In this document: piece by piece, positions 52,041 through 61,914 of the stretch | How the letters are laid out: the number at the start of each line of letters is the position of its first letter | How positions within the stretch are numbered: position 1 is the first letter of the stretch | Source of the DNA: Bythopirellula sp. | Lineage (GTDB): Bacteria > Planctomycetota > Planctomycetia > Pirellulales > Lacipirellulaceae | Direction of reading: 5' to 3' | Length of the DNA: 64,000 nucleotides | NCBI GenBank assembly: GCA_965216565.1 | Contig: OZ244170.1 | Location: 2,944,001-3,008,000 of the forward strand | Translations under genes and position numbers: made by a program | Notes under the pieces: generated by a model | Told to the model about the DNA's origin: nothing | Seen by the model: only the letters and a program-made list of their open reading frames with translations | Database searches by the model: none

Positions 52041-52397
52041 CGATGAGAGTCGGTGCCCGCGAATAACGCTAATCTTCGTGGATGTTGGTTAGCTGTTACT
52101 CTCAGGGATTTCGATAGCTTTTCTCAGCTACGTAGTTAGTTGTCTTTCCGAGGTCCGCCGAGGAATCTAGCCAGCCCCCTCGGGTCTACTTCGTTAGACG
52201 ACTAGCTGGGGCGAGGTGACAGATAGCTTCACGTCTGTGAATCGTTATCCGATTCTCCGGACAGCATCACATAGTCTGCTCACCTGAATGCAACACAACC
52301 AAGTATTGCGATCGCTCTTAGTGCGATTCGGTTCCATTCCATCGCACCCTACACTTCACAACACGATTTCGTTCTATTTGCCCAATTCGTGGTAAAC

Positions 52398-53744
52398 CTA
52401 AGCCGACTGTTCCAAATTCGTCGCTTGGTTCAGCTTGTTGTAGAGCGTCTTGAGGCTAATGCCCAATTGCTCGGCGGCCTGTGGTTTGTTGCCATCGTTG
52501 CGCTCGAGTGCTTCGTGGATGGCTTCCATTTCCAAATCGCGGAGCGAGATGGCACCCCGCCGTTGCTTTGCGGCCCCTTGCAGTTGCCGGCTATCGAAGT
52601 GCTTCGGTAAATGTTCGTGCCGAATCGGTCCGCTGTCGCAGAGAATGGTCGCGTGCTCGATTACGTTGGCCAATTCCCGGACATTTCCTGGCCAGATGTG
52701 GCCCAAAAGGGCCTCCACCGCGTCGGGGGCAAACTCCGCTTCGCTACCGCGTCGATGACGAGAAAGCAAATACCTAGCCAGATCGGGAACATCTTGAATA
52801 CGTTCCCGCAGTGCCGGCAGGTTGATTTCGAATGTGTTGATGCGATACATCAAGTCTTCTCGGAATTCCTCCTCGGAGACCATCGTTGGCAGGTCGCGAT
52901 GCGTCGCGCAAATTACCCGTACGTCGACAGTGGTTGACTTGTTTTCGCCAACGCGGCGAATCTCGCCGCTTTCCAGCACTCGCAGCAGTTTCGCCTGCAT
53001 TGCTTTGGGAAGCTCACCGATTTCATCCAAGAAAATCGTCCCACCGTGGGCGACTTCGAACAGACCAACCCGATGCTCGTCGGCTCCCGTGAACGCACCC
53101 TTCTTATGTCCAAACAATTCGCTTTCGATCAGCGTTTCGGGCAGCGCTCCACAATTGACCGCCACAAAAGGATTTTCTGCACGGGCGCTCTGCTCGTGGA
53201 GAGACCGTGCGACCAGTTCCTTACCGGTACCAGTTTCGCCCAAAATCAACACGGTAGAATTGGTGGGAGCCACCTTCTCGATCAACAGTCGCACCTTCTG
53301 CATTGCCGGCGTCTTGCCAACAAGTTGCGGTGAACCTTCCAATCGCTGCACACGGTGCGTTAGCGCGCGGCACTTCTGCTCCAATTGACGTTTCTCGGCC
53401 ACGCGCTGCAAGAGCGCCTGGATCTCGATTAGTTTGCAAGGCTTAGTAAGGTAATCAAATGCGCCATGACGTAGCGCAGCAATAGCCGTGTCCATCGAGC
53501 TCTTGCCGGTCAGCACCACGGCTTCCGTTTCCGGCGCGTGCTCCTTGCAGTGCGCAATCACGCCGATGCCATCTTTGCCAGGCATGTCCAAGTCGACAAT
53601 GATGCAGTCGTACGTATTTTTCTCGAGTGCCGCGACGGCTGTCAGTCCGTCTGGGCAGACCGTCACCTTATGACCCAACCGCGGCAGTTCGAGCTTCATA
53701 AGCTCCTGCAGCGACTGTTCGTCGTCGGCAAACAACAAAGTCAA
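52398..53744 (-). CDS. Sigma-54-dependent response regulator (NtrC family); start may lie about 30 nt upstream
   Basis: Receiver ADDE/DLDMP; GETGTGKE; GAFTGA; FLDEIGE; WPGNVREL; Fis-type HTH. Confidence 0.95.
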   Translation of the reverse strand: MTLLFADDEQSLQELMKLELPRLGHKVTVCPDGLTAVAALEKNTYDCIIVDLDMPGKDGIGVIAHCKEHAPETEAVVLTGKSSMDTAIAALRHGAFDYLTKPCKLIEIQALLQRVAEKRQLEQKCRALTHRVQRLEGSPQLVGKTPAMQKVRLLIEKVAPTNSTVLILGETGTGKELVARSLHEQSARAENPFVAVNCGALPETLIESELFGHKKGAFTGADEHRVGLFEVAHGGTIFLDEIGELPKAMQAKLLRVLESGEIRRVGENKSTTVDVRVICATHRDLPTMVSEEEFREDLMYRINTFEINLPALRERIQDVPDLARYLLSRHRRGSEAEFAPDAVEALLGHIWPGNVRELANVIEHATILCDSGPIRHEHLPKHFDSRQLQGAAKQRRGAISLRDLEMEAIHEALERNDGNKPQAAEQLGISLKTLYNKLNQATNLEQSA

Positions 53745-53754
53745 TCCTTGACCT

Positions 53755-55413
53755 TTAGGCTGCTTGGTAGTGATGATGACTCTCCTTCGTTGAAAATTCG
53801 GTTGGCAAAGTCACGACAAACCGCGATCCCTTGCCCACGCCTGCACTGGTGGCTTCGATGTTTCCTTGATGCTCTTCCACAATTCTGTAGGTAATCGACA
53901 GACCCAAGCCGGTTCCCTGCCCGCTACGTCGTCGTGTGAAGAATGGCTCGAACAAATGTTTGAGTACTTCCTCATTCATCCCGCAACCATTGTCTTCGAC
54001 AACTAGTTGTGCTCGTTGGTTATTCTTCTCAATCGAGACGCTCACCTTACCGCCGGAGTCCACGCTCTCCAGACCGTTGGTGATAAGATTCAGCATCACT
54101 TGCTTGATTTCCTGCGCGTTCACCTGCACGATCGCTGGGTCGCCGGACTTAAGCTCGATTTGCTTGTCTTGGTATTTGCCGAGGTGCTGCACCATATCGA
54201 TCACACCATCGACCAGTTCTCGCAAGTCGGTGCTATGTCGCTGGGAATCGCCCATACGGGCAAAGTCGAGCAGTTTTTCGGTGATTTGTTTGCAGCGAAA
54301 CGCCTCGCGTTGGATCATTTGCAGGTAGTCGTGGGCCACTTTCACATCTTCGGCGTGATCGTCTTCGACTTGCTCTAGAAGCTCGGTCAACCGGCTCTCC
54401 AACGACTCGCTGCACAAAGCGATCGAAGCCAGTGGATTGTTAATCTCGTGGGAAACCCCAGCCGCCAAAAAGCCCACGCTGGCCAATTGTTCGCTACGAA
54501 CAACCTGGTTGGTCCGCAGTCGCACTTGTCGATCGAGGTCGTCGCGAATTTCCTGGAAGCGGGCCGTCATGTCGTTCATGGCCAGTGCCAGTTCGCCCAT
54601 TTCGTCGTCAGTACCGAGTTCGATGCGGTGATTGAAATTCCCCTGAGCTACTTCGCGGGAACCTCTTACGAGTGTTTCCAGCGGATTGGCAAACCATGTG
54701 TAGAACAGTCGAACGGCAGAAACCATCAACAACAGTGCGACACCCGCATTCACCCAGGCGGCAATAATCGCTGTGCGGTAATGCGCCCGTACATCGTCGG
54801 AGAGTTCTTTCAAGCGTGTGTGCAAATGGCTGGGCAAGTCGGCCGCCAAATGGGCGAGTTGATCGATCTCTTCACGTAGCACACCGATTTGTGATTGATC
54901 GAGCAACCAATCTTCTTCGAGCTGATCATGATACTTTTGCGTGCCAAGTCGGCCGAGCACTTCGAAAATCTGCGATAGAGTTTGCCGTTCGTGCGAATCG
55001 TCGCCCAATCGGAAGTCGGCTTCGGATGCCACGCGGTCGAGCTGTCGACTGTATTGGTCGACGGCATCCACCAGATTCAACAATGCCTCGCGATATTGTT
55101 CACGCGTCCACTGAGCATCCCAGGGATAGGTGGCAATGGAACTCTCTAGTTCGGAATCGCTCGACAAAGCTTCCACGGCCGCGGGGAATTCCAGACGTTC
55201 TTTTGCTTGACTCAAGATGACGCGGATGTCGCTCACATGCTGACGAATTTCACCAGCCAGAGGCAACTCAGCCGAGCGCGCACTCAAACCTTTTACCAAT
55301 CCGCGGTAAGCGTACAGCCCATAGTACGCACTAGCAAACAGCGCAAGCACTGTAACCAGCAAGAGACCCAAGCCTAGCTTGAGTTTAGTTCGAATGGGCC
55401 AATGGGACAGCAC
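53755..55413 (-). CDS. Membrane sensor histidine kinase with HAMP domain
   Basis: 2 TM; HAMP (DEMGELA); GVSHEINNPL H-box; DNGCGM, FEPFFT, GTGLGL. Confidence 0.95.
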   Translation of the reverse strand: MLSHWPIRTKLKLGLGLLLVTVLALFASAYYGLYAYRGLVKGLSARSAELPLAGEIRQHVSDIRVILSQAKERLEFPAAVEALSSDSELESSIATYPWDAQWTREQYREALLNLVDAVDQYSRQLDRVASEADFRLGDDSHERQTLSQIFEVLGRLGTQKYHDQLEEDWLLDQSQIGVLREEIDQLAHLAADLPSHLHTRLKELSDDVRAHYRTAIIAAWVNAGVALLLMVSAVRLFYTWFANPLETLVRGSREVAQGNFNHRIELGTDDEMGELALAMNDMTARFQEIRDDLDRQVRLRTNQVVRSEQLASVGFLAAGVSHEINNPLASIALCSESLESRLTELLEQVEDDHAEDVKVAHDYLQMIQREAFRCKQITEKLLDFARMGDSQRHSTDLRELVDGVIDMVQHLGKYQDKQIELKSGDPAIVQVNAQEIKQVMLNLITNGLESVDSGGKVSVSIEKNNQRAQLVVEDNGCGMNEEVLKHLFEPFFTRRRSGQGTGLGLSITYRIVEEHQGNIEATSAGVGKGSRFVVTLPTEFSTKESHHHYQAA

Positions 55414-55679
55414 CGACGACCTCCTTGTCGCACACGGTCGCTTCCAGATTTACTATAACGAGTGTCTTCATGACACCCGACGGGAAAGGCAGTCTATCAG
55501 CCCAGTCGGAAATCGAACAAGAACAGTTCTCGCCTGCGATACTCGATGCCAGCGTCCGCGGCAAAGTGCTAGCAATCTGTATGCACGATTTTATCCGGAG
55601 GCATACTTGCCTCCAAAGTGCGTCGGAGCGCGTGGCGGTCCGCCTATTGGCAAACGGACGAGTTTATTCTCAAGACAAT

Positions 55680-56906
55680 CTAAAAAGAGAGCTTCAGCAT
55701 TCGCCAGCCGCTCCAATTGAATTGGTCAAACCGAATGACCTTTTTCAATAGCCAATAACCAACCAGAGCTAGCACCAGATTCCCCGTCCAGACGGCGATG
55801 GGATGCACCATGCCGCTTTTGGCGAAGTCGACCGTCACGACCAGCATGGGATAGTACAGCAACAAGATAGGCAGAAAACAAGCAAAGAAACTGCCCCAAA
55901 ATTCGCCCCGCCGCAACAAGATGGCCACCGGCGCGCCGACCAATACAAAGCACAGACAACTCAACCCACCCGACCAACGACGGTGTGGTTCGGTATACAG
56001 GCGTTGCAATCGTTCTTGAGAACCACGCAGTTGGCCCTCGCGTGCGCGCCATACTGGCTCAGCAACCTCATAGCTGCGGCCCGTCATCAAGGCATAGCCC
56101 ATATCAGCAGTCATTTCCTGCTGGAGCTGGTCGATTCTGTCGATCGTCTCCGACTTGGCAGGTCCGATTTCCCAGAGCGCTAAGTTGGAAGGGCTTTGCG
56201 AACGACTCATTTCGCCGGTAAACATCTCGATCGGCCACGACTCTTCGAACACGCCGGGATAAGTTCCCGATCCCCCCAGCAGATCACCCTCCGCATTGAG
56301 CAATCTTACTTTCACTGCATTCTGAACCCGATCGACGGAAACCTCCGCTTCGTCCGCAGTGATCAGTACCGGTTTGCCTTTGGTAGAAGTGATTTTGATG
56401 ATTGGCTGCAAGAGCGTGCTGCCAGAAACGCCGCGAACGTTGATTTCTAGATTTCCTAGCCGCAAGGCACGTTTGGTCTTGAGACGCCCGTACACAATCT
56501 CTTCGAACGATTCCAAGAATACGGCCTGCACCCCGCCACGGCCCCAGGATACCGCTTTGTCATTGATCCAAACCGCCAGCACACTCACGGCCAGCGCCAC
56601 AATCAGCGTTGGCCAAACCATTGCCATGGGTGAAATCCCAAGCGATTTCACGGCGATGACTTCGTTCGAGGCCGCTATTCTGCCGTATACAATCGTGCCA
56701 GCCAGCAACATAGTTCCCGGCACCGTGAGCGCGAGCGATTGGGGTATGAAATAGGGAATCGTCCGCAAGACACCAACTAGTCCGTAACCTTTGTCGACAG
56801 CTTCCTCACCCACCAAAATCAGCATCACAAACACCGTCATCGTGGTCAGCGTGACCATAAAGACGGTGAGCAGCTCAAAAATCACATAGCGGGTTAGAAG
56901 TCGCAT
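55680..56906 (-). CDS. LptF/LptG family LPS export permease
   Basis: MRLLTRYV, YGRIAASNEVIAVKSLGISP, multiple TM, EPHRRW..LVGAPVA. Confidence 0.85.
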   Translation of the reverse strand: MRLLTRYVIFELLTVFMVTLTTMTVFVMLILVGEEAVDKGYGLVGVLRTIPYFIPQSLALTVPGTMLLAGTIVYGRIAASNEVIAVKSLGISPMAMVWPTLIVALAVSVLAVWINDKAVSWGRGGVQAVFLESFEEIVYGRLKTKRALRLGNLEINVRGVSGSTLLQPIIKITSTKGKPVLITADEAEVSVDRVQNAVKVRLLNAEGDLLGGSGTYPGVFEESWPIEMFTGEMSRSQSPSNLALWEIGPAKSETIDRIDQLQQEMTADMGYALMTGRSYEVAEPVWRAREGQLRGSQERLQRLYTEPHRRWSGGLSCLCFVLVGAPVAILLRRGEFWGSFFACFLPILLLYYPMLVVTVDFAKSGMVHPIAVWTGNLVLALVGYWLLKKVIRFDQFNWSGWRMLKLSF

Positions 56907-57110
56907 GAATCAATGGATGGCCAAGTTGAATGGCTTTTACGAAATCGAATTGAGGGGTACGGTTATCGCTAGGCAAACTAGCTTGTAGAGAGCGGGCATA
57001 CTGTAGCAAGCTATCGCCGTTATGCGACAGACCAGAAAAATGCTAGCAGCGAATAGCCGCGATGCGATGCATCGCCGGAGATATGCATCGCCGGAAACTT
57101 GGCGTGGGGC

Positions 57111-58445
57111 TCAGTCGTCATTCATTAAATCGACCGATGAGTCGCTAGGCCGTCCCATTTTCGACTGCCGGAGCGCTTCCATCAGTCCCCGCACCGCACT
57201 GCAATAAGCAACGAGTGCAGCTTGGTAGTCGCCCCGATGCATCGCCTGATGGGCAACTTCGCGATCTTTGTGAATTTTCTTGAGATCAAATTCCCAATCG
57301 CCCTGCGCTTCTAAATCTTCCAATTGCCTGACTATATCCGTTAGTGGCTCGATGCGGCTGGCATTGGGGGCACACGTGTGGCGGCGATAAGGTGCTTTGC
57401 CCCGCAAGCCAATCTCTTCGAGCAACCCACCTGAATTCCCCGAACCGATGTGCTGCATCCAGGCAAACATCGCCGACAAAGCAAGCCCCACACCGCCCAG
57501 GATAGCGGGAATTCCGTAATCCAATAGCGCACAGCAAACAAGCACAATCCCGCTGAGCGTAACTGCCGCCCAAGTGAGCGGATGAACATTCCCGCGCGAA
57601 CTACGCGGCTGAATAATGGTGCTGTGCGAGAGCTTCTGCGGAGCGGGCTGCCCTAACTGGTCGGGATCCACCACTTCGACAACGATTCCAGTGATGTTAT
57701 CTGGTCCACCCAGCAGATTGGCCAAATCGAGTAAAGTTTGGGTCGCGTCACCGGGCGGCAACGATCCCATCACCATGCCAATTAGTTCCGGGTTGAGGGG
57801 ACCCGTCAAACCATCGCTGCAAAGCAAAAAGCGATCGCCCTTTTCCAATCGAAACGGTCCCTCGACATCCACAGCCACCGTTGGGTTGGGACCGAGGGAT
57901 CGGGTAATGACATTCTTGGGGACGTAAGCAGGAATTTCATCCTCGCTGGCGTGGCCCGCGGCAGCCATCTCCCAAACGAGACTGTGATCGAATGTGAGTT
58001 GCTCCAGCAGATCTCCGCGCAGTCGATAGACACGGCTATCGCCAATGTGGGCGGCGATTGCTCCACAGGGCAACACTAGCAAGCAACTACAGGTTGTTCC
58101 CATCCCCTGAAAATCGACGCTGTTCTGTCCTTTGTTGTAAACCACCCCATTGGTATGGCGAACGGCCTCGACAATTGCCTCGCTCGGCGAAAGATCGCGA
58201 AGCTTGTGATAACTGTGCGGGATATTGTCAGTTGCCAGTTTGCTGGCAAGCTCGCCTGCGGCGTGTGCTCCCATGCCATCGGCGACGACAAACAAATGAC
58301 CGTGACTCTTGAATTGTTGCTGAGAATCGGCCAACGCCACGGCCAGTGAATCTTGATTGCTGGAACGACGCATGCCCACATCGCTAGCAGCCGCACAGCG
58401 TAGGCCACCTGAGATTTGTTCCAGCTTGACGTTGGGATTAGCCAT
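57111..58445 (-). CDS. PP2C-family Ser/Thr phosphatase with C-terminal TM segments
   Basis: SDVGMRRSSNQD, VADGMG, GMGTT, HIGDSRVY, LLCSDGL, GGPDNIT. Confidence 0.92.
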   Translation of the reverse strand: MANPNVKLEQISGGLRCAAASDVGMRRSSNQDSLAVALADSQQQFKSHGHLFVVADGMGAHAAGELASKLATDNIPHSYHKLRDLSPSEAIVEAVRHTNGVVYNKGQNSVDFQGMGTTCSCLLVLPCGAIAAHIGDSRVYRLRGDLLEQLTFDHSLVWEMAAAGHASEDEIPAYVPKNVITRSLGPNPTVAVDVEGPFRLEKGDRFLLCSDGLTGPLNPELIGMVMGSLPPGDATQTLLDLANLLGGPDNITGIVVEVVDPDQLGQPAPQKLSHSTIIQPRSSRGNVHPLTWAAVTLSGIVLVCCALLDYGIPAILGGVGLALSAMFAWMQHIGSGNSGGLLEEIGLRGKAPYRRHTCAPNASRIEPLTDIVRQLEDLEAQGDWEFDLKKIHKDREVAHQAMHRGDYQAALVAYCSAVRGLMEALRQSKMGRPSDSSVDLMNDD

Positions 58446-58695
58446 ACAGCGAAGAAAGACGTTTGCCAGGGAGTGGTGAAAGATGCCGCGGATTGGCCAT
58501 AGGCAAGCGTCTGGTTTGCCAAGCTCGAATCAATGCAAGCTAGCTATTTTAACCGTTAAGCAAGCAGTGTGATAGTCGGCCAGTTTTTTTGGAAGGAGTC
58601 TCCCACCAGCCGCAAGTCGGCATGGTCAGCATCGAAACGGGCACCTATACTCCTGCCCCCGTATTCTGCAAGCATGTCTGGTCCCTCAGCAATTG

Positions 58696-59286
58696 ATGAA
58701 GCATTTCACACCACAGCCGATTCACCTCGCCACATGCCTGGCCTTAGTCTGTTGCACGCTGCTACCTGGCTGCGTTCGCCGACGGCTGATGGTCCGCAGC
58801 AATCCGCCGGGGGCGATGGTCTATGTCGACAACCAACCTGTTGGCACGACCCCCTGCGCCACCGATTTCATTTACTACGGCACGCGCGAAATTCGACTGA
58901 TCAAGCCCGGCTACGAAACCCTGACAGTCAACCAGCCCATTCCTGCACCGTGGTACGAGATTCCACCGTTAGATTTTGTCAGCGAGAATCTAGCACCTCA
59001 GAAAATACAAGACTATCGCACCGTCTCGTTCAATCTGGTGCCGCAAGTGATTGTGCCCACCGAGCAACTCCTAGGGCGTGCCGAGCAACTCCGCCAGAAC
59101 ACACAGCAAGGCGCCGTCTTGCCGGCCGCGGCAACGAGTGTCCCGGGAATCACCACTCCGGTAATCCCCGCACTGCCAACCATCCCCACCGACTCTCCAG
59201 CGGGTCCAGAATTCATTCCGCCGGGCGCGCAAACTCTGCCCCCGTCGGGTCAGATACTTCAACCGTTGCCGGCGCCGGCGCAGTAA
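58696..59286 (+). CDS. PEGA-domain lipoprotein
   Basis: LLPGC lipobox; VRSNPPGAMVYVD..VGTTP..KPGYET; Pro-rich tail. Confidence 0.85.
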   Translation: MKHFTPQPIHLATCLALVCCTLLPGCVRRRLMVRSNPPGAMVYVDNQPVGTTPCATDFIYYGTREIRLIKPGYETLTVNQPIPAPWYEIPPLDFVSENLAPQKIQDYRTVSFNLVPQVIVPTEQLLGRAEQLRQNTQQGAVLPAAATSVPGITTPVIPALPTIPTDSPAGPEFIPPGAQTLPPSGQILQPLPAPAQ

Positions 59287-59563
59287 GGCAATGGGCAATC
59301 GTCTTTCGAAGTAGCTGAATTCGTAAGAACTCAGATTGTGTGCTGGCTGAATTCTTGCGAATCCAGCTACGTACGATCGCATGCACAAACGCAACAAAGC
59401 CCACGGACAATGAATGTCGCGAGGGCTCTGCTACGGTGAATGTGAATTGTAATAGGCTGGAGGGGGGAGACAGTAGGCTGTAGGTAGTGGACCTCTAGCC
59501 TCGATTCTTGCTTCAACCTCTTAGTGTCTGAAGCCTCCAGCCTTCAGCCTCAAAGCCTTCTAC

Positions 59564-61183
59564 CTACCAGGTAAATCCACTACCGATCGAGAAACCGACG
59601 AAGTCGACGATCAAGCCTGGTGCGGAAGAACTAGCAGCCACCTGGGAGGCAGTACCAGCCCCGCCGTCCGCAACTCCTGCGAATGAACCGGAAGCGGCTC
59701 CGCCCAACGAGGCATCCCAATACTGATATTCAAAGGCGGTGCGGAAGAAAGCCTTGGCAGGCAAGCAACGCAGGGCAAAGTCCCATTGCAAACCTGCTTG
59801 GATTTCACCGATGAACAGGTCATCGTTCACCCGGGCAATAGCCCCATCGATTGATCCCGCCGCGGCAACAGCGGCTCCTGCACCCAGCGAGTCAACTCGG
59901 GCTTCCGACTCCACTTCGTTGTGGCTACAACCCCACAGCACCGAACCACGGGCGCTGTAGTACCAATGGACACAAGAGCAAGGGAACAGCGGCTTACGAC
60001 CATTGAGGCCAAATGTCAGCCCTGTGCCGTGTGCCTGACGATTTCGTCGAGCATAAGCAGCCAGTAAACCATCAATCGTATTGGACCGAGCGTAGATCGA
60101 TTCATGATGTTCGATCAGAGCATAACGAACACCAAAGGCGAACTGGTTCTTGCAGCCATGCAAACAGAAGTTGCGAGTTAGCTCGATATCGGTGTAATAC
60201 GCTTCCAGAATACTATTCACATCGTAGCTGTGTTCTGCAGGTGGCGGAACAGCGGTGATATCGTAGAAGTCGTGATCGTGTTCACCGGCTCGCAGATGGA
60301 AGTAACGACCAACGATACCCCACTTGCAACCTTGGCACCCGATCGAGATCCGAGGTGCACCGTAGATGTCGTCCAACGACGCTTGACCGTTGGCAGGGCC
60401 AAACTGAGCGGCAGTCACTAGAGGATCGCCCTCAGAGAAAACATAATTAACCGGTGCGCCGTTGATGTCTGGATTCAGAAACACAGCTTCGACGCCCACT
60501 ACCAGGATCTTTGGTGGGCAGCAAGGTTGGCAACCGCAACAGCCATCGCAGCAGCCGGTGGTGCAAGAGTCGCAGCAGCCAGCTCCGCCATAGTTCATCA
60601 CGGGCGAACCCCATTCCACCGCGCCTTCGCTCTGGACGTATTCTTCTGTAACAGGTGGTGCCGCGGCTTGACCGGCAGACTCTTCTGCCATGTAAGCCTG
60701 CGTGGCGAAGGCCACACGAGGATTGACTTGGCTGCTGGCGAGCTGCGTTGAATCAGACGGTTCGACAACTGGCAATGAGATCAGCTCAGCCCCTTGATCA
60801 AACCGTTGCGAATGGACAATGGTCTCTGAAGTTTGCTCTGTGGCAGATTTGCTACCCGAGACCGTTACGCCAACTACTTCTGGTTCAACAGCAGGCGAAA
60901 TCGCCTCTTTGGTAGGTGCCACAGAGGCCGTTGCCTTCTCCTTCACGGGAGGAAATACCGTGAGGTCCTCACCGCGATCAACACCGAAGACACGTACGGT
61001 GGTTCCCTTCTCCGCATTCTCCTCTTCTTCTGAGGCTCCAATGCGTAGAACGTTCAGTGGCGCGAAGGCTCGCTTAGCTTCCCGCCAAGCGGACGATTCT
61101 TCGCCAGCTACGTTATGCGTAACGCAGCTACTTACGAGGGTCAGCGTTGCTAATGCAACTGCCAGGGTATGGTTCGATTTCAT
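59564..61183 (-). CDS. Putative outer-membrane beta-barrel protein with Cys-rich linker
   Basis: Signal peptide; low-complexity region; CCDSC..CC tract; beta-strand C-terminus ending in W. Confidence 0.7.
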   Translation of the reverse strand: MKSNHTLAVALATLTLVSSCVTHNVAGEESSAWREAKRAFAPLNVLRIGASEEEENAEKGTTVRVFGVDRGEDLTVFPPVKEKATASVAPTKEAISPAVEPEVVGVTVSGSKSATEQTSETIVHSQRFDQGAELISLPVVEPSDSTQLASSQVNPRVAFATQAYMAEESAGQAAAPPVTEEYVQSEGAVEWGSPVMNYGGAGCCDSCTTGCCDGCCGCQPCCPPKILVVGVEAVFLNPDINGAPVNYVFSEGDPLVTAAQFGPANGQASLDDIYGAPRISIGCQGCKWGIVGRYFHLRAGEHDHDFYDITAVPPPAEHSYDVNSILEAYYTDIELTRNFCLHGCKNQFAFGVRYALIEHHESIYARSNTIDGLLAAYARRNRQAHGTGLTFGLNGRKPLFPCSCVHWYYSARGSVLWGCSHNEVESEARVDSLGAGAAVAAAGSIDGAIARVNDDLFIGEIQAGLQWDFALRCLPAKAFFRTAFEYQYWDASLGGAASGSFAGVADGGAGTASQVAASSSAPGLIVDFVGFSIGSGFTW

Positions 61184-61914
61184 GATAGCAATGGCCTCCA
61201 CGGTGCCATGGTGATCGTGCGCTGTGTCAAGCAAGGCGAATCGCTCAATTCGTTGAGCCGTCCTGCTATTGCAGCGTCACAACACTCTGGGGAAGGTTAA
61301 GTTCTATGGTGGGATGGTGATTGCGTGCTAACGGCACTCAATCGGTGGGTACAACACTTGTCATTCCACTCGCCCCTACTCATCACTGGGGCCTAGCAGG
61401 GCACTGCTCACAATCGGCCTGCTCCTCACAGGAGTTGCCAATGGCAGATACGGTGGGTCCCTGCTAAGTGGACTAACACACAGAAGGCGATCGACCCGCA
61501 GTTCCCCAACAATCAAGGAAATTGGTCCTCAGCCACACGACTGGCAAAAGCGTTAAAGTTCAACATAGGGCAAATAGGGACCCTCAGGAATTTTTTCCGC
61601 AGTCACGATCAGCACTAGAAAAGCAGATATCTGAGAGCCCTAGGGGAGGAGGTGAACTGGGCAATTTGTGACGTAGTTTCAAACGACCCTTCAAGTGGAG
61701 CGACCCGAACAGTCGATCCCAGCGGTACCGTCGGTAGATTTGGCACAGCGTGCTTCTGCCGGCTCAACCCGAGAAAACCCACCGAGCGTTCCTATCCCAC
61801 TACCCGCACGGGTAGGAAGACTCGCCCAAGATTCTCCGACCGCTAGCATGCGTAAGCTGCCGCGATACTCGCCAATCCGCACCAAGGATTGTCGCAACGG
61901 ATAAAGACCCACCT

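Noticed and set aside
55568..55590. Sigma-54 promoter upstream of the kinase (GTGCAT-N5-TTGCT on minus)
   Set aside because: Lacks the invariant GG at -24
55425..55751. 108-aa ORF on +
   Set aside because: Antisense to the flanking operon, spans a family C repeat and has no recognisable motifs
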